Under the pieces are notes generated by a model. It ran no database searches, had not been told where the DNA came from, and worked only from the letters and a program-made list of their open reading frames with translations. From contig JAHLTZ010000007.1 of assembly GCA_025786725.1 (NCBI GenBank), forward strand, positions 310,001 through 374,000: a stretch of DNA of 64,000 bases. The letters are read 5' to 3'. Source of the stretch: Syncephalis fuscata S228 (lineage: Eukaryota > Fungi > Zoopagomycota). Below, piece by piece: positions 1 through 13,540 of the stretch (positions are counted from its first letter, which is position 1; every line of letters begins with the position of its first letter). A program made the position numbers and the translations under genes.

Positions 1-991
1 CTAGTCTTCATTGCTACTAAGCTCGGCGAAAAAGTCATCCATATCTGCATTTATAGCAAATTAAAATTAGCGAATTAATTGAGCAATAATCAATAGCTTA
101 CCCGTTTTAACAGCCTTCTTTGCATTCTTCTTTCGGTTAGATTGCGTTGCTATTACGCCTTCAAATTCGTTACGTTCCATTGCTACACGGATCTGTTCGC
201 GAATCTTATTGCGTTGTTGCAATGTATGTTCGCTAGCATCGTTATTATTATCCTTATCGTCGGATGTTGTTGGAAATAATGCAATATATTTTTGTCCGGC
301 GGGAAAGTGCTGCAAAATATTAGATGATGGCGTAGTGTGTTGCATATACACTGTTACTTACTATGACATAGTTTAGATCAATCTCAAGGTCCTTAATCTC
401 ACCATCCAGCCTTCTTTGCTCTTTAATTGTATTGATACAAATATCAGTAGCTATATATTATGTTATTAGTAATAGTAATTACCTTGCTCATCAATATTAT
501 CAGCCACCTTTAGTTTTTCTAGTCGTTTTTTTGTTTTTTCCAATTTTCGTCGCACTTTCTGCTCCTCTATAGACACAAATAGTTATTATTGTTTTCCATA
601 CTTTGATATCTAGACCATAGATTTACCAATAAATCGGACCATTTTATATTTACTTGCGCGTCGTTTCTCAGTAGCTGCACGGCTGCCTTCTTCCAATTGT
701 AGCTGCAATGCTTTCAATCGTCGTTCCGAAGCCACTTTTATATCAGCCGTAATAGTTGGCTATCGTTCATTCAAATAAGCAAAGACTCATAACAACCGAA
801 CAACTTACTCGTCGTAAAAGACGCTCTGTATCGCGAATTCGTTTGCGAATGGTGGCATTGCTCTCTCGTGTATCATTCTTGTTATTATGTCGTTTCTTAT
901 ATGGCATGAGACGGCTTGAATGGTTATTGCCCGATGCTCCAGAAGAGCCTTGAGTACGGTTTGCTTCAGCCATTCTTGAAATATTTTCCAT
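1..991 (-). CDS. EFG1: rRNA-processing protein Efg1-like (multi-exon)
   Basis: Spliced reading gives IRKRIRDTERLL...ERRLKALQLQLEE...SKYKMVRF...HFPAGQKYIALFP...DDFF, the Efg1 family pattern. The last exon ends in TAG at positions 3-1. The start could be ATG 991 or 907. Confidence 0.8.
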
Positions 992-1178
992 GCTGTATAT
1001 TGTTAAAAAAGAAAAATAAAAGTGGCAATGAAGTGTTTGTATTGTTTGCTTATAAACTGTTATTAATTAAACTGTGTAGTTCCATTTCTTGTTTCAGGTC
1101 GTCAGTCAACAGACACTCAGTGCTAATCTTTTACACCACGCGATATACTACGTGAAGACACGATAGCTCAGGATTATT

Positions 1179-2861
1179 ATGGCAAATTTACATCAACCAG
1201 CTGAAATGGCGATAGCTGATGAACTACGGAATGTAACCAACAGCGAGCACAATGATGAAGCAGATGATTTATTTGGCAGTGGGTCTGACGACGCGGATGG
1301 TGACAGTCGCCCAACTGAAGCAGCTACTTCCAATGCAGCAATTAGACGACGTGGTCGTTTGGCAGTAGAATCAGACGATGAGAATGACGATAAAGATGGA
1401 GACAAATTGGCACTACCAAATAGCCATGAAGTAGTGGATGATAATTCGTAAGCGAAGGATGTTAATATTAAATGTTATATTTATGTAATTAATCACTAGA
1501 GATGATGAAACGGGTCTGTTTGGAAGTGATTCCGAGGCTGAATCTACAGGATCAGTTACCAATGATGTAGGTGGTAAAGCATCTAGGTAAGTGTTATTTG
1601 TACACTCTACACCGATGACAGACTAATCAAATACTACATCTATATCTATAGAGCAACTCATAGTGATGAAGAAATGGATGAACCTATTGCACGAACACCG
1701 CCACCAGCTCTTCGTATTCATCTTACGCAACCATCAGCTCCTGTTAGTGGAGAAGATTCGGTAACTATTGAATTAGTGGTTAGTATTAACTATTACTTAT
1801 GATTTGCAGTCGGATTATTATTTGGCCCGTCTACCAAAACACTATCATTTAGAAACAAAGCCATTTGACCCAAGTTCATATGAAGCGGAAATATTAGAAG
1901 TGTTAGATAAGGAAGGAAAGACGCAAAATACTGATGAACAGAGTAATACAGAAGGTAAAGGACGCAACGCTAATAGCGGCGACGAGGAAGCAACACAACA
2001 AGCAACTCAGTTGCGTTTACGAGTACAAGGTGCACTACGCTGGCGACATGCGCCTCAGTCGGCTACTGAAACCAATACAGAAGTAATGAATACATAGTTT
2101 TATTTATCATCTAGTTTACATTTATGTTAGGTGGAATCGAACGCACGTATTATACGCTGGTCCGACGATAGTCTATCACTTTATGTCAATGGAGAACTAT
2201 TTGATATTGATCGACAGCCTATGCATGATGAACACCATTACGCACTTACCCATCATCCTGAAGAGGGTGTTTTAAAGGTAGATCGTCGTCTTACATCTCA
2301 TCTGGTATTCCGTACAACTTCAGCCACTGGATTAGCGGCTCAATTGGAGGCAGCCTCGACGGAACAGAAGAAACAGACTAAAGCAGTTCTGGTGTTTGAA
2401 GATCCGGAAAAGCTGCAGCGACAACAAGCAGAGGTAATAGACAAAGCTAGTTGGCATAGTAATGTTTATAATGAATTATATAGGTTGAGAAGCAACGTTT
2501 ACGCCATGAACGTAAAATTGCCTCCTATACACAATCTCGTGTAGCACGTCAATCTGCACGGCAGTATGCTGATTCTGGTTTGACAGTTGATGATTTAGAG
2601 GCTGAAGAATTAGATGACCGAATGGAAACGGACGATTATAGTTATCGAGCACGTGGAGGACGGAACAGACGACAAGGCAACGAATTAAGTGATTTTATTG
2701 TAGATGATGAAGATGAAGAAGTAGATGAAGAGGCGGACGAGGAAATGGTCAGTCATAAAAGTCGTCGACAACAACGCTATCGACAATATTCTGACGACGA
2801 TGACGATGATGATGAAGATACTAATAATAACAATAATGATGATGATGATGATAAGTCATAA
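1179..2861 (+). CDS. LEO1: Paf1 complex subunit Leo1 (multi-exon)
   Basis: Acidic N-terminus with DLFG motifs; PFDP...LRWR...ESNARIIRWSDDSLSLYVNGELFDI is the Leo1 core; acidic tail; short GT-AG introns. Confidence 0.85.
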
Positions 2862-3839
2862 AAGTTCAACTATCAATATGGTATAAAGTATGGTTCATCA
2901 TTATTGCATCTATACTGTAATGGTACTACTGTTATTTCAACACTGTTTTATAGCAATAAACATAGTATAAGCATGGTTTATTTAGCCGATAGTAGTCAGA
3001 AGTGAAGATAGAATAACGGATAATAATAATAAATTATAGTGTAATATATGTGATCCTGTATTATTATATAAAAGCTACTTCACTTCAAGCCCCTGCCCTT
3101 AAAGTGGGGACAAAAAGATCCATAGTTTGAATAATAAATTATCGATTAGTTTTTACTACTGATAAGTGGTTTATTGATATCGCGTTGCTTATTTATTCAT
3201 TTAAACTGTTAATTTATTGTTCCATCTTCTAGAATATAATTATATTTCATCATCTTAATAATGACACTTTCTATGAATACACTTGTCTTTAAAAAATATC
3301 AACTTTGATTGTATTTCCTATTACACTCAGTTACATTGCCAAGAAATAGCTAAATAGGAAATAATTTAATATTTCTATTAACTGATTTATTGAATACGGT
3401 TATAAACTGATCCAAAACCTTTTATAAATATAGACATATTGCCAAGCACTATGTCCCCCATGGCAAGCAAAGGTGAAGGTTTTAGCTGTCATATAATTAT
3501 TAGTATTTATTTTGATAGTATCACATGAATGAGCTGCTGTGTAACCATACACCCTGTTGCTGTTTCCTCTTTAAATATCTAACATATAGTGCTTGGCTTT
3601 TGCCGAATATCTATTACTTCTTATTCTTTTCGTCCTTCTATCGAACTATCGGCTGTATATTGTCGCATCTATTTCATATCACTCTTTTCGATCCAAGTTA
3701 AGCTGGTCTTAGCCTACCTGTCGTATATAACCTTCTCCGCCACTACTGCTCCACAACTCCACAACTTACCATTTGTTGTTATTATTGTGTGCTTGTATTT
3801 ATCAGACTATTGCTTTAGTTAATTTCAAACTAGCACAGC

Positions 3840-4695
3840 ATGGCAACACCTGCTCGAAGCTCAAGTCTTTTGACCAAATCGGTAGCCACTGCGGCGGCAA
3901 GTGAGATAGCGCGGAGAGCTTTACAAAGCAGTAGCAACAATAGCGCAGCTTCTTCACCCCCACCGGCCCAGCAAAAGAAAAATGGCAAAGTCTCTAGGAA
4001 TAAAACCACGATGGCTGTAGCCATTGCCCGACCTGTGGCAGCGATGGCTGCCACCGCAGTTACAGATGCTATTATAAAACAACAATTGTCGTCATCGTCG
4101 GCCGCAGCAACACCGCCTGTGCCCCGTCCAGTACACGCGGCTACTGCACCACCAGTTATTATGGTGGCCGAACCATCTTCTTCAAATCAATTCAATAAAA
4201 TACGGCGTAAAACTCGTCCTAATATGCCCCACCACCGGTACAACCGTCTTCTACCTGAGGATCGCGATGCATTTAAAGCGTTTAGATCACGGGCTAAGTG
4301 GCTTGATGGCAAGAAGACCTGTTGCTGTTGCCTCACTGTCGGTGTAGATCCATTGATTGGACTACTACCGGTTGTGGGTGACTTTGCCGGTGTTGTTCTA
4401 GCCACCATGCTGTTGTATACTGCCATGCACACTTGGCAATTACCACGTGCCTTGATTTCTCGTATGATCCTTAATATTGCTATTGATGCCCTGGTAAGTA
4501 ACAATACTGCTGTTTCTTAGATTAGTCCTAACAACAACACATTACTATATGACTGCTTAATAGGTGGGATTTGTGCCAATTATCGGTGATTTGGCCGATT
4601 TCATGTTCAAATGTAACTTGAAAAATTCTGACCTTCTCGAAACATTTTTAATGGAGAAAGCCAGTCTCGCCCAGCAGCCTATGGCAATGGCTTGA
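3840..4695 (+). CDS. DUF4112 family membrane protein
   Basis: Exons 3840-4493 and 4564-4695; GVDPLIGLLPVVGD...RMILNIAIDALVGFVPIIGDLADFMFKCN. Confidence 0.8.
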
Positions 4696-4927
4696 GTACC
4701 GTTATTGCCATTGTTTATTCGTTCTATCCCAGTAGTTATTGGCAACATTGTTTATTTGTTTGTTTTTCTAAAATTTATAAATGCATTTAAAACAATACAC
4801 AGTAATGATTTGCATATTTTGATATTTTACAATGATTTCAAATATAATAATGTTTTAATCATTGTAACAAATAACTTCTAATGTGTATTAATATAAAATA
4901 ACAATCTTTGCAGGCAAGCAAGTATTT

Positions 4928-7316
4928 CTAAGCAGATGATTCATTAAGCGACTTGATAACCGTGTCCAAGGCGCTGTACCATTTGTCACGAATACTACTG
5001 CTATCAGCAGCTAGTAGGTAGGGACGCTCGGGCGTTATTAGCTGGAAGCAAAATGGTCTTTGTTTGGACGGTGGATCTGCTATCATTTGAACTGCTTGTA
5101 CTTGGGCCAAAGGGATTAGCTGGCGTACTGTCGATTCCTATAGTGTTATAACAATGTTTAAATTAGATACTTATATTATATATCAATCAGCTAATTACCT
5201 TTTCATTTTTATAATAGGCTAAACGATTATCACGTAGAACAAACCATCGTTTTTGCCATGCCTAGTCGTTCAAATGTTATTATTAAAATAAAAGACATAA
5301 TAAATAAATGATGCGGGTCTTACCCGAATAATGCCCACCTTGTTATTCTGTGATTGCTTTGTTAAGTAGCCTTGTAAAGGTTGATCAGAGCTATTACCCG
5401 TAACATCTGCAAGTATCGTATCTTCTTGCTGAGATGCGGCTCCTGTATTGATCGATGTTCCCGATTGGTTACTAACGGGTGCACTGCCACTTGTTTTTGC
5501 TGTTCCATGCTGAATACCAGAGCTGTCTACCGATGAGCGCGTTGTGGCCCATGAGGGCAATAATGAACGGCGATGATTGGCTGGCTTTTCTACCGGCGCT
5601 TCTTCTTCTTTGGTAGATGAACGACGGCTTCGTGCGGCTTGGCATGCCTCTCGCAACGCATGTGTCCATCCCAGTAGTTCTTCCGGTGATCCGGCTTGAA
5701 AATAGTATTTGCGACGCGTGGTAAGCACACCAAACACATTCACACGCTTCTTTCGCGGGATGGCCGCCACTGCTTTTACTTGGGCCAAATCGATAATACC
5801 CAACGATTTATATTCCTATTATTTCAATTAATGATGAGGTTCTAACAAAGATTAATTTACTTACACGTTGATCTTTGTAATAAACAAGTTGTGTAGGTCG
5901 TAGTACGAACCAACGCTTTTTCCATATCTATAATATATATTCGCTATTAATATATACTACCTATGACTATCAACTCTATAACTTACCTTTCGCGGCCCTC
6001 CTCGCTTATGGAGCTGGCCACTTTTGATAATATGAGCTGAAGTAAGCGTATTCAGTGTCTCATCCCGTGTAATCATTTCTCCTTCCTCATAATCTTCGTC
6101 TTCGCCTTCATCCAAATCATCTACTTCTTCGGCATCGGCTAGAATGATTGCTGCTGCTTCTTCGTCATCCGACATTAGATCAAATTCATCATCTGCGTAC
6201 TCATCAAAGCTAGTTTTCTCTATATGTTTGTTAATATGCGCATCTTCTTCATTCTGGCTACTCATTGGTGTAGCAGTAATTGCCGCATCTTTATGCAAAC
6301 TACTTTCAGCCATTTCATTAGCTGGTTCAGTCTTGTGCACAGTAGTAGTGGCAACAGATGCAGGTCGGCCAGATGACTCTCTTTGAACTACAAATGTTAC
6401 TGTACGTCCATTGGAAGCACTTGTTGCGCTGATCTCCAATGGTGCTTGTTGTGAATTAGGAGCATTCAGTGCTACGGAGCGGTGAAAATTTGTTTTGTCT
6501 GGCAAGCTAGCGACTGGAGATACGTGGCGTTTAAGAGGCGTTGTATGTTGCGGCTCTTCATCATGTAGTGACGCATTGTCAGAAACGGCAGCTGCACGAG
6601 TCTCCCGGATTGAATGCAGCCATGAAAGCATATCTTCCGGCGATGGTGCTGCAAAGTAAAACTTTCGCTTTGTTGTTACAACGCCAAATACGTTGGCACG
6701 CTTTGACTTGCGCTTTTTTGTTCTTTGAACTTCTGCACATGCCAAAATACTATCCAATGGAATGATGCCCAGCAATTTATACTCCTATATATATATTCAT
6801 GGTTAGCGTCACCAAAATCATATTTTACTAGCATGGTAACCATCGACTAGCGCTGAAGCATTCTATATGTACCTTTTGGTCCTTGTAGTAGACTAGTTCG
6901 CTAGAACGTAATATAAACCAGCGTTTCTTCCAGGCCTAGTTGTATTTAACAGATATGAATACAACCCTGTACAAAATGCCAATGCTTACCTTGCGTATCT
7001 CGCCTCGTTTCATTAGATAGCCGGAATAGATTGTTTGTTCACGGGTGACTTCTGTAAGTTGGCTTTTACTTAGATTCATTGCTTCCAACTCGTATTGCTC
7101 TTCTGATTCATAGTGCAGAGCGGCTTCATCGTGGCCGCCACTTGCTTGTCCAGGCTCATTCGTGCAGTCAAATAGCTCTGGTTCCGAGTCTGATTCATCA
7201 GAAAATGGAATAGGATCGAGCTGAGCTCGTGGCGAGCGGCTGCTGCTGCTGTTCTGTTGTTTGGCCGTCTCGGCGGCGATGCCGGCCGTGGCGCTGCTTT
7301 GTTGCTGGGTTGACAT
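4928..7316 (-). CDS. Protein with three tandem PH domains (Opy1-like)
   Basis: Three copies of G(Y/Q)LxK...W(K/Q)KRWF(I/V)LR...L(V/A)YYK...W, each split by introns at the same two positions. Confidence 0.8.
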
Positions 7317-8102
7317 GATAGAGACAAGTGTCTTATTCTAAAGTACACTGTGCTCTAGTATTGTTATCAAGTGTTTGATGTATAATGCAATAGATGGATA
7401 GATGGATAGATGGGTAAATGAATCACAGACCAAGGAAGATGAGTCTTTACTGAATATTGCAGGGGAAAAGTGAGCGAAGCATGTTACGGGATGGGAATCG
7501 TTGTTGCATGTGTTTCTCTATTAAAAGCGTGACGGGCCGCGTGTCCTTAACCAAGGGGGCTATACTATTTCAAGTTGAACCGCATCAATACTAATTCTGC
7601 CTAATGGAAAAGCCGAACTAACAGCCAATTATTATTGACCACTTTATTCTTTATTCCTTACTATTGACCTGTTATATTATACTTATTGCTTCATTAATGA
7701 TATGTTCTATAATGCTAACCTTTAGCTTTGTAATCCATACAACTACACTCATACAGTCATTCAAACAATGTCAGTAATTTATCTAATTAACTATCTTATC
7801 TCCTTTATTACTATTAAACAATTTATTAGTCTTTATTGTAATCTAGTGGTCAAATGATTATTTTTAATACCATTGAATCTAATGAACATGGTGATGGGTG
7901 GTGAGTGACATTAAAGTCTAAAATACTCATCATTGTAGATTTATTGTCCAGTATGCAAATATTCAGTGTACATATATCCTCTATTCATATATATCATTCC
8001 CATTATATCATATACTGCTATATACTAGTTATGCTATTTTGGATATATTATATTGTTATATGTCCCAATTACATATAACTTGCTAAATGGATTAGGTGAA
8101 TG

Positions 8103-9581
8103 AGTCGATATTTATCAATAACAACGCTAGAACAAAAAGGATAGCTACAATAGCTAGCGCGTACTTACTAGACAATAAAGTTATATATAATATAAAGAAT
8201 ATACAACATTGAGTGACGATTAGCCGTGTTGAAGCTACTGAGCATATATGCATGAGTAGATGAGCGGAATTAGTCGAGATTTATTAATAATAGCGCTAGA
8301 ACAAAAATAAAACTAGTTTTGAATAGAGGAAGGCTAGGCAATTATATAATGATATATAAAATGCTAGATATACGGTGAGAAAGCATGCAAAGCAATGTCA
8401 AAAATATAGTGCATATAGCGCAATAAGTGAAATAAATAATGTATATTGAAGCATATAAACAATAGAATGTATTTAGTATATCATAGAATGGTATATAACA
8501 GTGTGGGACAGAATGGGAATGATATAGGTGAATAGAGTATATATGTGTACTGGATATATGCATACTGGATAATGGATCTACAGTGATGAGTATTTATAAT
8601 TGATGTCACTCACCGCTCATCATCATGTTCAATAAATTGGTTATTATTAGATATCAGCCATTTGACCACCAGAAAACAACAAATGTGATAATGTAATGAT
8701 TAAATAAAACTCACCACTTGTCCCCATGTTCAAGAGAACGAAAATGTAGTTCAGCTACGCGAATGTTATTAAATAAATTCATTTGACCCCAAATCACACT
8801 AAATGGGTAATAAATTGTTTAATAGTGAAGAAATAAACCAACATATAATAATAGCATAATACGAATCAATGGTTAAACAAAAATATGCCATTTAAAAAGG
8901 ACTGTAGATAGACTAGTCATTGTTAAATAAAAGACTCAACCTTTAGATGGCAGTAGTACTTTGCATTATCGCTGATGGTCAATCACAATGATTTTATAAC
9001 AAAAGCTTTTAGTAAAGCTGAGAGATTAGTAAAAAGATAATGAATTATTTGTAAATAATAACAGAAAGAAATAACTAGTGGTTATATTGTTGCTTGGCCA
9101 TGTGGCAATATAATCGTTATTTAGATTGATAAATGGTTAATAGTCGTATTATGACAATAATTGCCTTATTAATAGGCACCTTTGGTGATGCGTTGGCCAT
9201 TACATATCACTATTGTTTAAGTAGTATCGTAACGTACCAATAGTAATATATATTAATAGATACACCATTGTAATATGTAATAATGTGCGTATGGTGCACA
9301 CCATTAATAACACGCACCTACTAGTTTATCGACATCTATACTAACTATACCCGGCACAGCATAACTATTATCCATACTAATGCTATTCTTATCGGTAGTG
9401 TTACTAATAGCCCACTAGTTACGCTTTGTGTTTGCCTATATAACATCTTCACATTCACAAGCAATAATAAATAATGTCGTATTTTCTTTACTTGTACTAC
9501 ACACTCAGCAGCACTATTGGCCTCCCTTTGTTATTGGATGTATTAAGAGTGGCTGCATTGTATAACTATGTTGATTAGCTA
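8103..9581. repeat. Left arm of 1479-bp inverted repeat (partner 20157-21635)
   Basis: Reverse complement of 20157-21635; paired coordinates sum to 29738 at both ends and internally. The ORF track shows the same 73-aa string at 8342-8563(-) and 21175-21396(+). Confidence 0.95.
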
Positions 9582-9659
9582 CTACTACTTACATATAACT
9601 ATCTTAATATTCGTAAAATACCCTTTGTTTAGTTAATAAAATAACTTGGTTTATATGTC

Positions 9660-10280
9660 AGACTTTAAAATTTTGCCTGACTAATTTACACACCACTTCC
9701 ATTCAGCAATAAGTATTTACCATATGAATTAGCACCTAAAACTAACACATGATCCTATGACGATCAATATCGTCAATATCATTGTCGACGTCATATTATT
9801 ATTATTACACGATTATACTAATTATTTTAGTATACAAACCAACACATTTTATTGCTCAAGTACTACGATAGTCAGAAAGTAGTTGTCGGACTTTGAATTT
9901 TTGCCTGACTAAATTACACACCACTCCACCCGGCACCAAATATTCACCATATGACTAGTCATATGAATTATCTATTCATATGATCAATCCGATGACTAGC
10001 CATATGAACTCACTCCTGACTAACCCATGATCTTATGACGATGATCGCCGACGTCATAGTATCATTATTACTATTATTATTACTATTATTATTATTATTA
10101 CTATTATCACACGGCTATACTAATTATTTTAGTATAAAAACCAACTCATTTTATTAACTAATAAACGATATCTTACATCCAATTGTTGAACTGTCTTATC
10201 TAACACACACATTCTATTGATCAAGTCCTACGATAGTCAGAAAGTAGTGACTTTGACGACAGTAGTGACTTTGACGACAC
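9660..10280. repeat. Two tandem copies of a ~230-390-bp dispersed repeat (GACTTT...TTTTGCCTGACTAA...CTACGATAGTCAGAAAGTAG)
   Basis: Copies start at ~9660 and ~9888. Others are at 19811-20155 (direct) and ~22762-23060 (inverted), with partial diverged copies at ~23130-23300 and ~30490-30640. Confidence 0.85.
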
Positions 10281-10346
10281 TTAGCATAATAGTAATAAGT
10301 AAAAATAGCCGTGTGACTGCTTTTCGGGGCAAAAATAAGTAAAAAG

Positions 10347-10418
10347 CACCGGTACAGGGAATCGAACCCTGATCTCCTCGGTGAAAGCGAGATATCCTAG
10401 CCGTTGGACTATACCGGT
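10347..10418 (-). tRNA. tRNA-Glu(TTC)
   Basis: Cloverleaf ACCGGTA/TACCGGT, anticodon loop CTTTCAC, T-arm CAGGG-TTCGATT-CCCTG, followed by a T5 terminator. Confidence 0.95.
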
Positions 10419-11594
10419 TTTTGTGCTGTGTATTACAACTAAAATTTTAAGCGCTTTAGAATATATATTAGAAATTTAAAATTTTAATAATTTACTTTGC
10501 CGTTACATTATGGCGCTATAATAAATTTAATGGCACTTTTGTTATAATTAACAAATATTTAATTGATTTAGAACGTTTTTTAGTCTGTTTGACTAATAAT
10601 TTTAATAAACATGATATAATAATTAAATTATTTATTTATTTAATACACTCATTTTTATTAAATAATAAATCAAAGTGCTTAATCAATCACAATTCTTATA
10701 ACTTATACCCGTTGCTTATATAACTGTATGATATCTTAAAATACGTATCAATTCAATTAATATTATTATATTTTATTATACATGTATTTACTGCTTATAA
10801 TGTGTGTTTAGCAAGTATTAGTACAACTACTGTTCGTGTCTAATTGTTATGCCCGCCTTATTTATACATTAGTCACTGTTTTTGACCTACTTCATTTCAT
10901 CGCTTTAAGTGTCAGTTTTGCTTACTACTTGCATTATACTGCTTTTGTTGAGTAGTTTGACTAAGTTGTTACACATTCTACTATTATTTAAATAATGATA
11001 TTGATCGTTGATTACGTTCACTTATACAGATAAAGTGGCTGTAACTAGTCTTATTAAATGCTGCTAGTTTAATTTAACTATACAAAGCTACTTTGTATGT
11101 TTTGCATGAACATTTTGAACACAAGTTATCACATGCCTAAACGCTGTAGATTTATATAGCATATTTATAATTTAAATGGCCAACATTGTCATGTTATTTG
11201 CTTTATTGATTTTATTGTCTAATTAAAGGCCAATGTTGGCACCACCATAAATTTATATTTAGAAAATAGCATACAAAGTTTTAGCAGATTACTAAATATA
11301 ATTGAAATAAAACTATTGTTTATTACTACATGTTTGCATAGCTGAATAAACACAGCTAAATGCAGTCTTGTTAGTAGTATAATAGTACTGTTGGCTAAAA
11401 GTTGAATAAACTAAAGCATTGAACGGAACTTGATATATGGATGAACTGAAAGGCATACTTGTCAAATGATCTTGTTTTATGCCAAATGGGCACTTAAGGT
11501 GTGCTGAACAATTAAACCGCTGCATTACCAATGCTAACATATTGGAGATGCAAGTTATTTATGCTCATAAACATATACAGCTCATGTCATATAT

Positions 11595-12878
11595 CTAGTA
11601 TATCGGCCAGCGACGTATGATCTCAGTTATTACCTATTAATAAGTGTTATTGAACGTACAACAAATAGTATGTAATTAGTATACAGCTAATTAAAAGCAA
11701 CATTACTTACCGTCTATTAATAGCAATTAGTGAACACACAGCAAATAGTATGCAATTAGTACATAAACAATTAAAAACAACACCACTTACCGGCTATCAA
11801 TATACATTAGTGAACGAACAGCAAATAGTATGCAATCAGTGATAGTTAGCTGCTATGGTGTTTCACTTACGACCTATTCGTACAAGTTGTTAAAAATGCA
11901 TAGTATATAGTGTATGTTCAGCACATAATTAATAAATATGTAATTTCACTTACAACCTGTTATGATTAAATCATTGACAAACACAGTACATATAATGTGG
12001 TGAATATACAGACATCTAATATGCAACATTACTTACATCCTATTAATATTGAGTTATTAGTAACAGCGAATAGCATGAAATTAGCTCATAGCCGATTATT
12101 ATATAACGCCACTTACTAACTATTATATTCAATTATCAATCCATAAATACATAGCATATAAGTGATAAATAGCTAATTGACATGCAATATTACTTACACG
12201 CTATCAATATTAGGTTGTTAATACACAAATAAACACCATGTAATTAGCGTATTTTTAATCAGCATAAAACATTACTTACTAGCTATTCATGTTAAATTAT
12301 TGGCCCACACAATGTATAGCATGCAATTAGTGCGCGGTCAATCAATATATAGAATTACTTACGACCTGTTATATTGCATTGTCAATACACACAGTACATA
12401 GCGTGTAGTTAGAGTATAGGCAACCGATATACAATACCACTTACAAACTATTCATATAAAATTGTTGACATAAACAGTGCATAGCATGCAGTTAGCCCAT
12501 AGTCGCTTAATATACAGTATCACTTACTGCCTATTAATATTAAATTGTCGATACACATAATATGTAGTATTCAGTTAGCGTATATTCAACTAATATTCAG
12601 CACTGCTTACATTCTAATAATAGTAAATTGTTGGTAACGAATAGTATAAGATTTTTGCCCAATTATTTATTATACAGTGCTACTTACTGGCTATTATATT
12701 CAATCGTTGACAAAAAATCATTAGTTATTAATACACTGATAGGCATAATATTGATGCATATTTGTTGTAATTAAAACATACCAGTATTTACTTGAGCTGG
12801 CACGGCATCCACTGTGACTGTATTAGTCACAAAAACTACGAAAAAGACGCAAGCTGCAGTAATGGAAAGCTTCATCAT
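11595..12878 (-). CDS. Small secreted peptide gene with 13 single-codon (3-nt) micro-exons; 15 exons, 54 aa if all are included
   Basis: Exon 1 12878-12792 = MMKLSITAACVFFVVFVTNTVTVDAVPAQ|GTAAAT. Then YAG-NNN-GTAAG at 12690-88, 12613-11, 12530-28, 12447-45, 12365-63, 12282-80, 12200-198, 12119-17, 12039-37, 11956-54, 11873-71, 11793-91 and 11713-11 (PNAFVLRLDVVPT). Last exon 11633-11595 = VITEIIRRWPIY*. Confidence 0.8.
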
Positions 12879-13540
12879 GGTATTGTTTGTTATGGTATTG
12901 CTTGTTGAAACAAAAAAGTAGAATGGATGATAGAGTGAAGTAAGGATACCGTTGATTAGTTGTGTACACTTTATGGCCTATTTAAATCTATAACTATGGT
13001 AACATATTAGCATGCTGATTGTATGGAATATACCATTGATATGCCATGTAAACCAATAGCAACACGTCCACGTGGTAACTTGAAACATGCACAGAGTAAT
13101 AGATTGATAATGTGATAGCATTATGCATATTCTATGTTTCAGCCTATTCGGCAATTACACAAAAATTCGGCGATATCAAGTATCCAGTATATATGTGCTG
13201 TAAACAAACATCAACCTGCTTTTTGTTTCACACTGAAGTCAGATTAAAGTCCAGCTGACCACTGAGTTTTTGAAGCATGCACAGAGTAATAGATGGATAG
13301 CATGTGTCAATATATCTATATATAGATAATATTATGAATATTTGGGGCACAACAATTTAATAGGCAATGATATCATGACTTGTCTTGATATAGAAACAGC
13401 AAAGAATAAAATAATAAAACGCAAAAAATACATAAACATGCAGTCTATTTAGTATGTTTGTTCAGTATTTTACAACATATAAACTATTCCTTACACTTAT
13501 CCTTTTATGCATTTTTTTGCAAAAGTAACGAGCTATAAAC

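Noticed and set aside
8342-8563. 73-aa ORF duplicated at 21175-21396 and neighbouring hydrophobic ORFs to 22164
   Set aside because: Low-complexity AT-rich translations; the identity just reflects the inverted repeat.
11620-12710. Plain minisatellite or CRISPR-like repeat
   Set aside because: Invariant splice signals with a fixed 3-nt gap, plus in-frame flanking exons, explain it better as an intron array.
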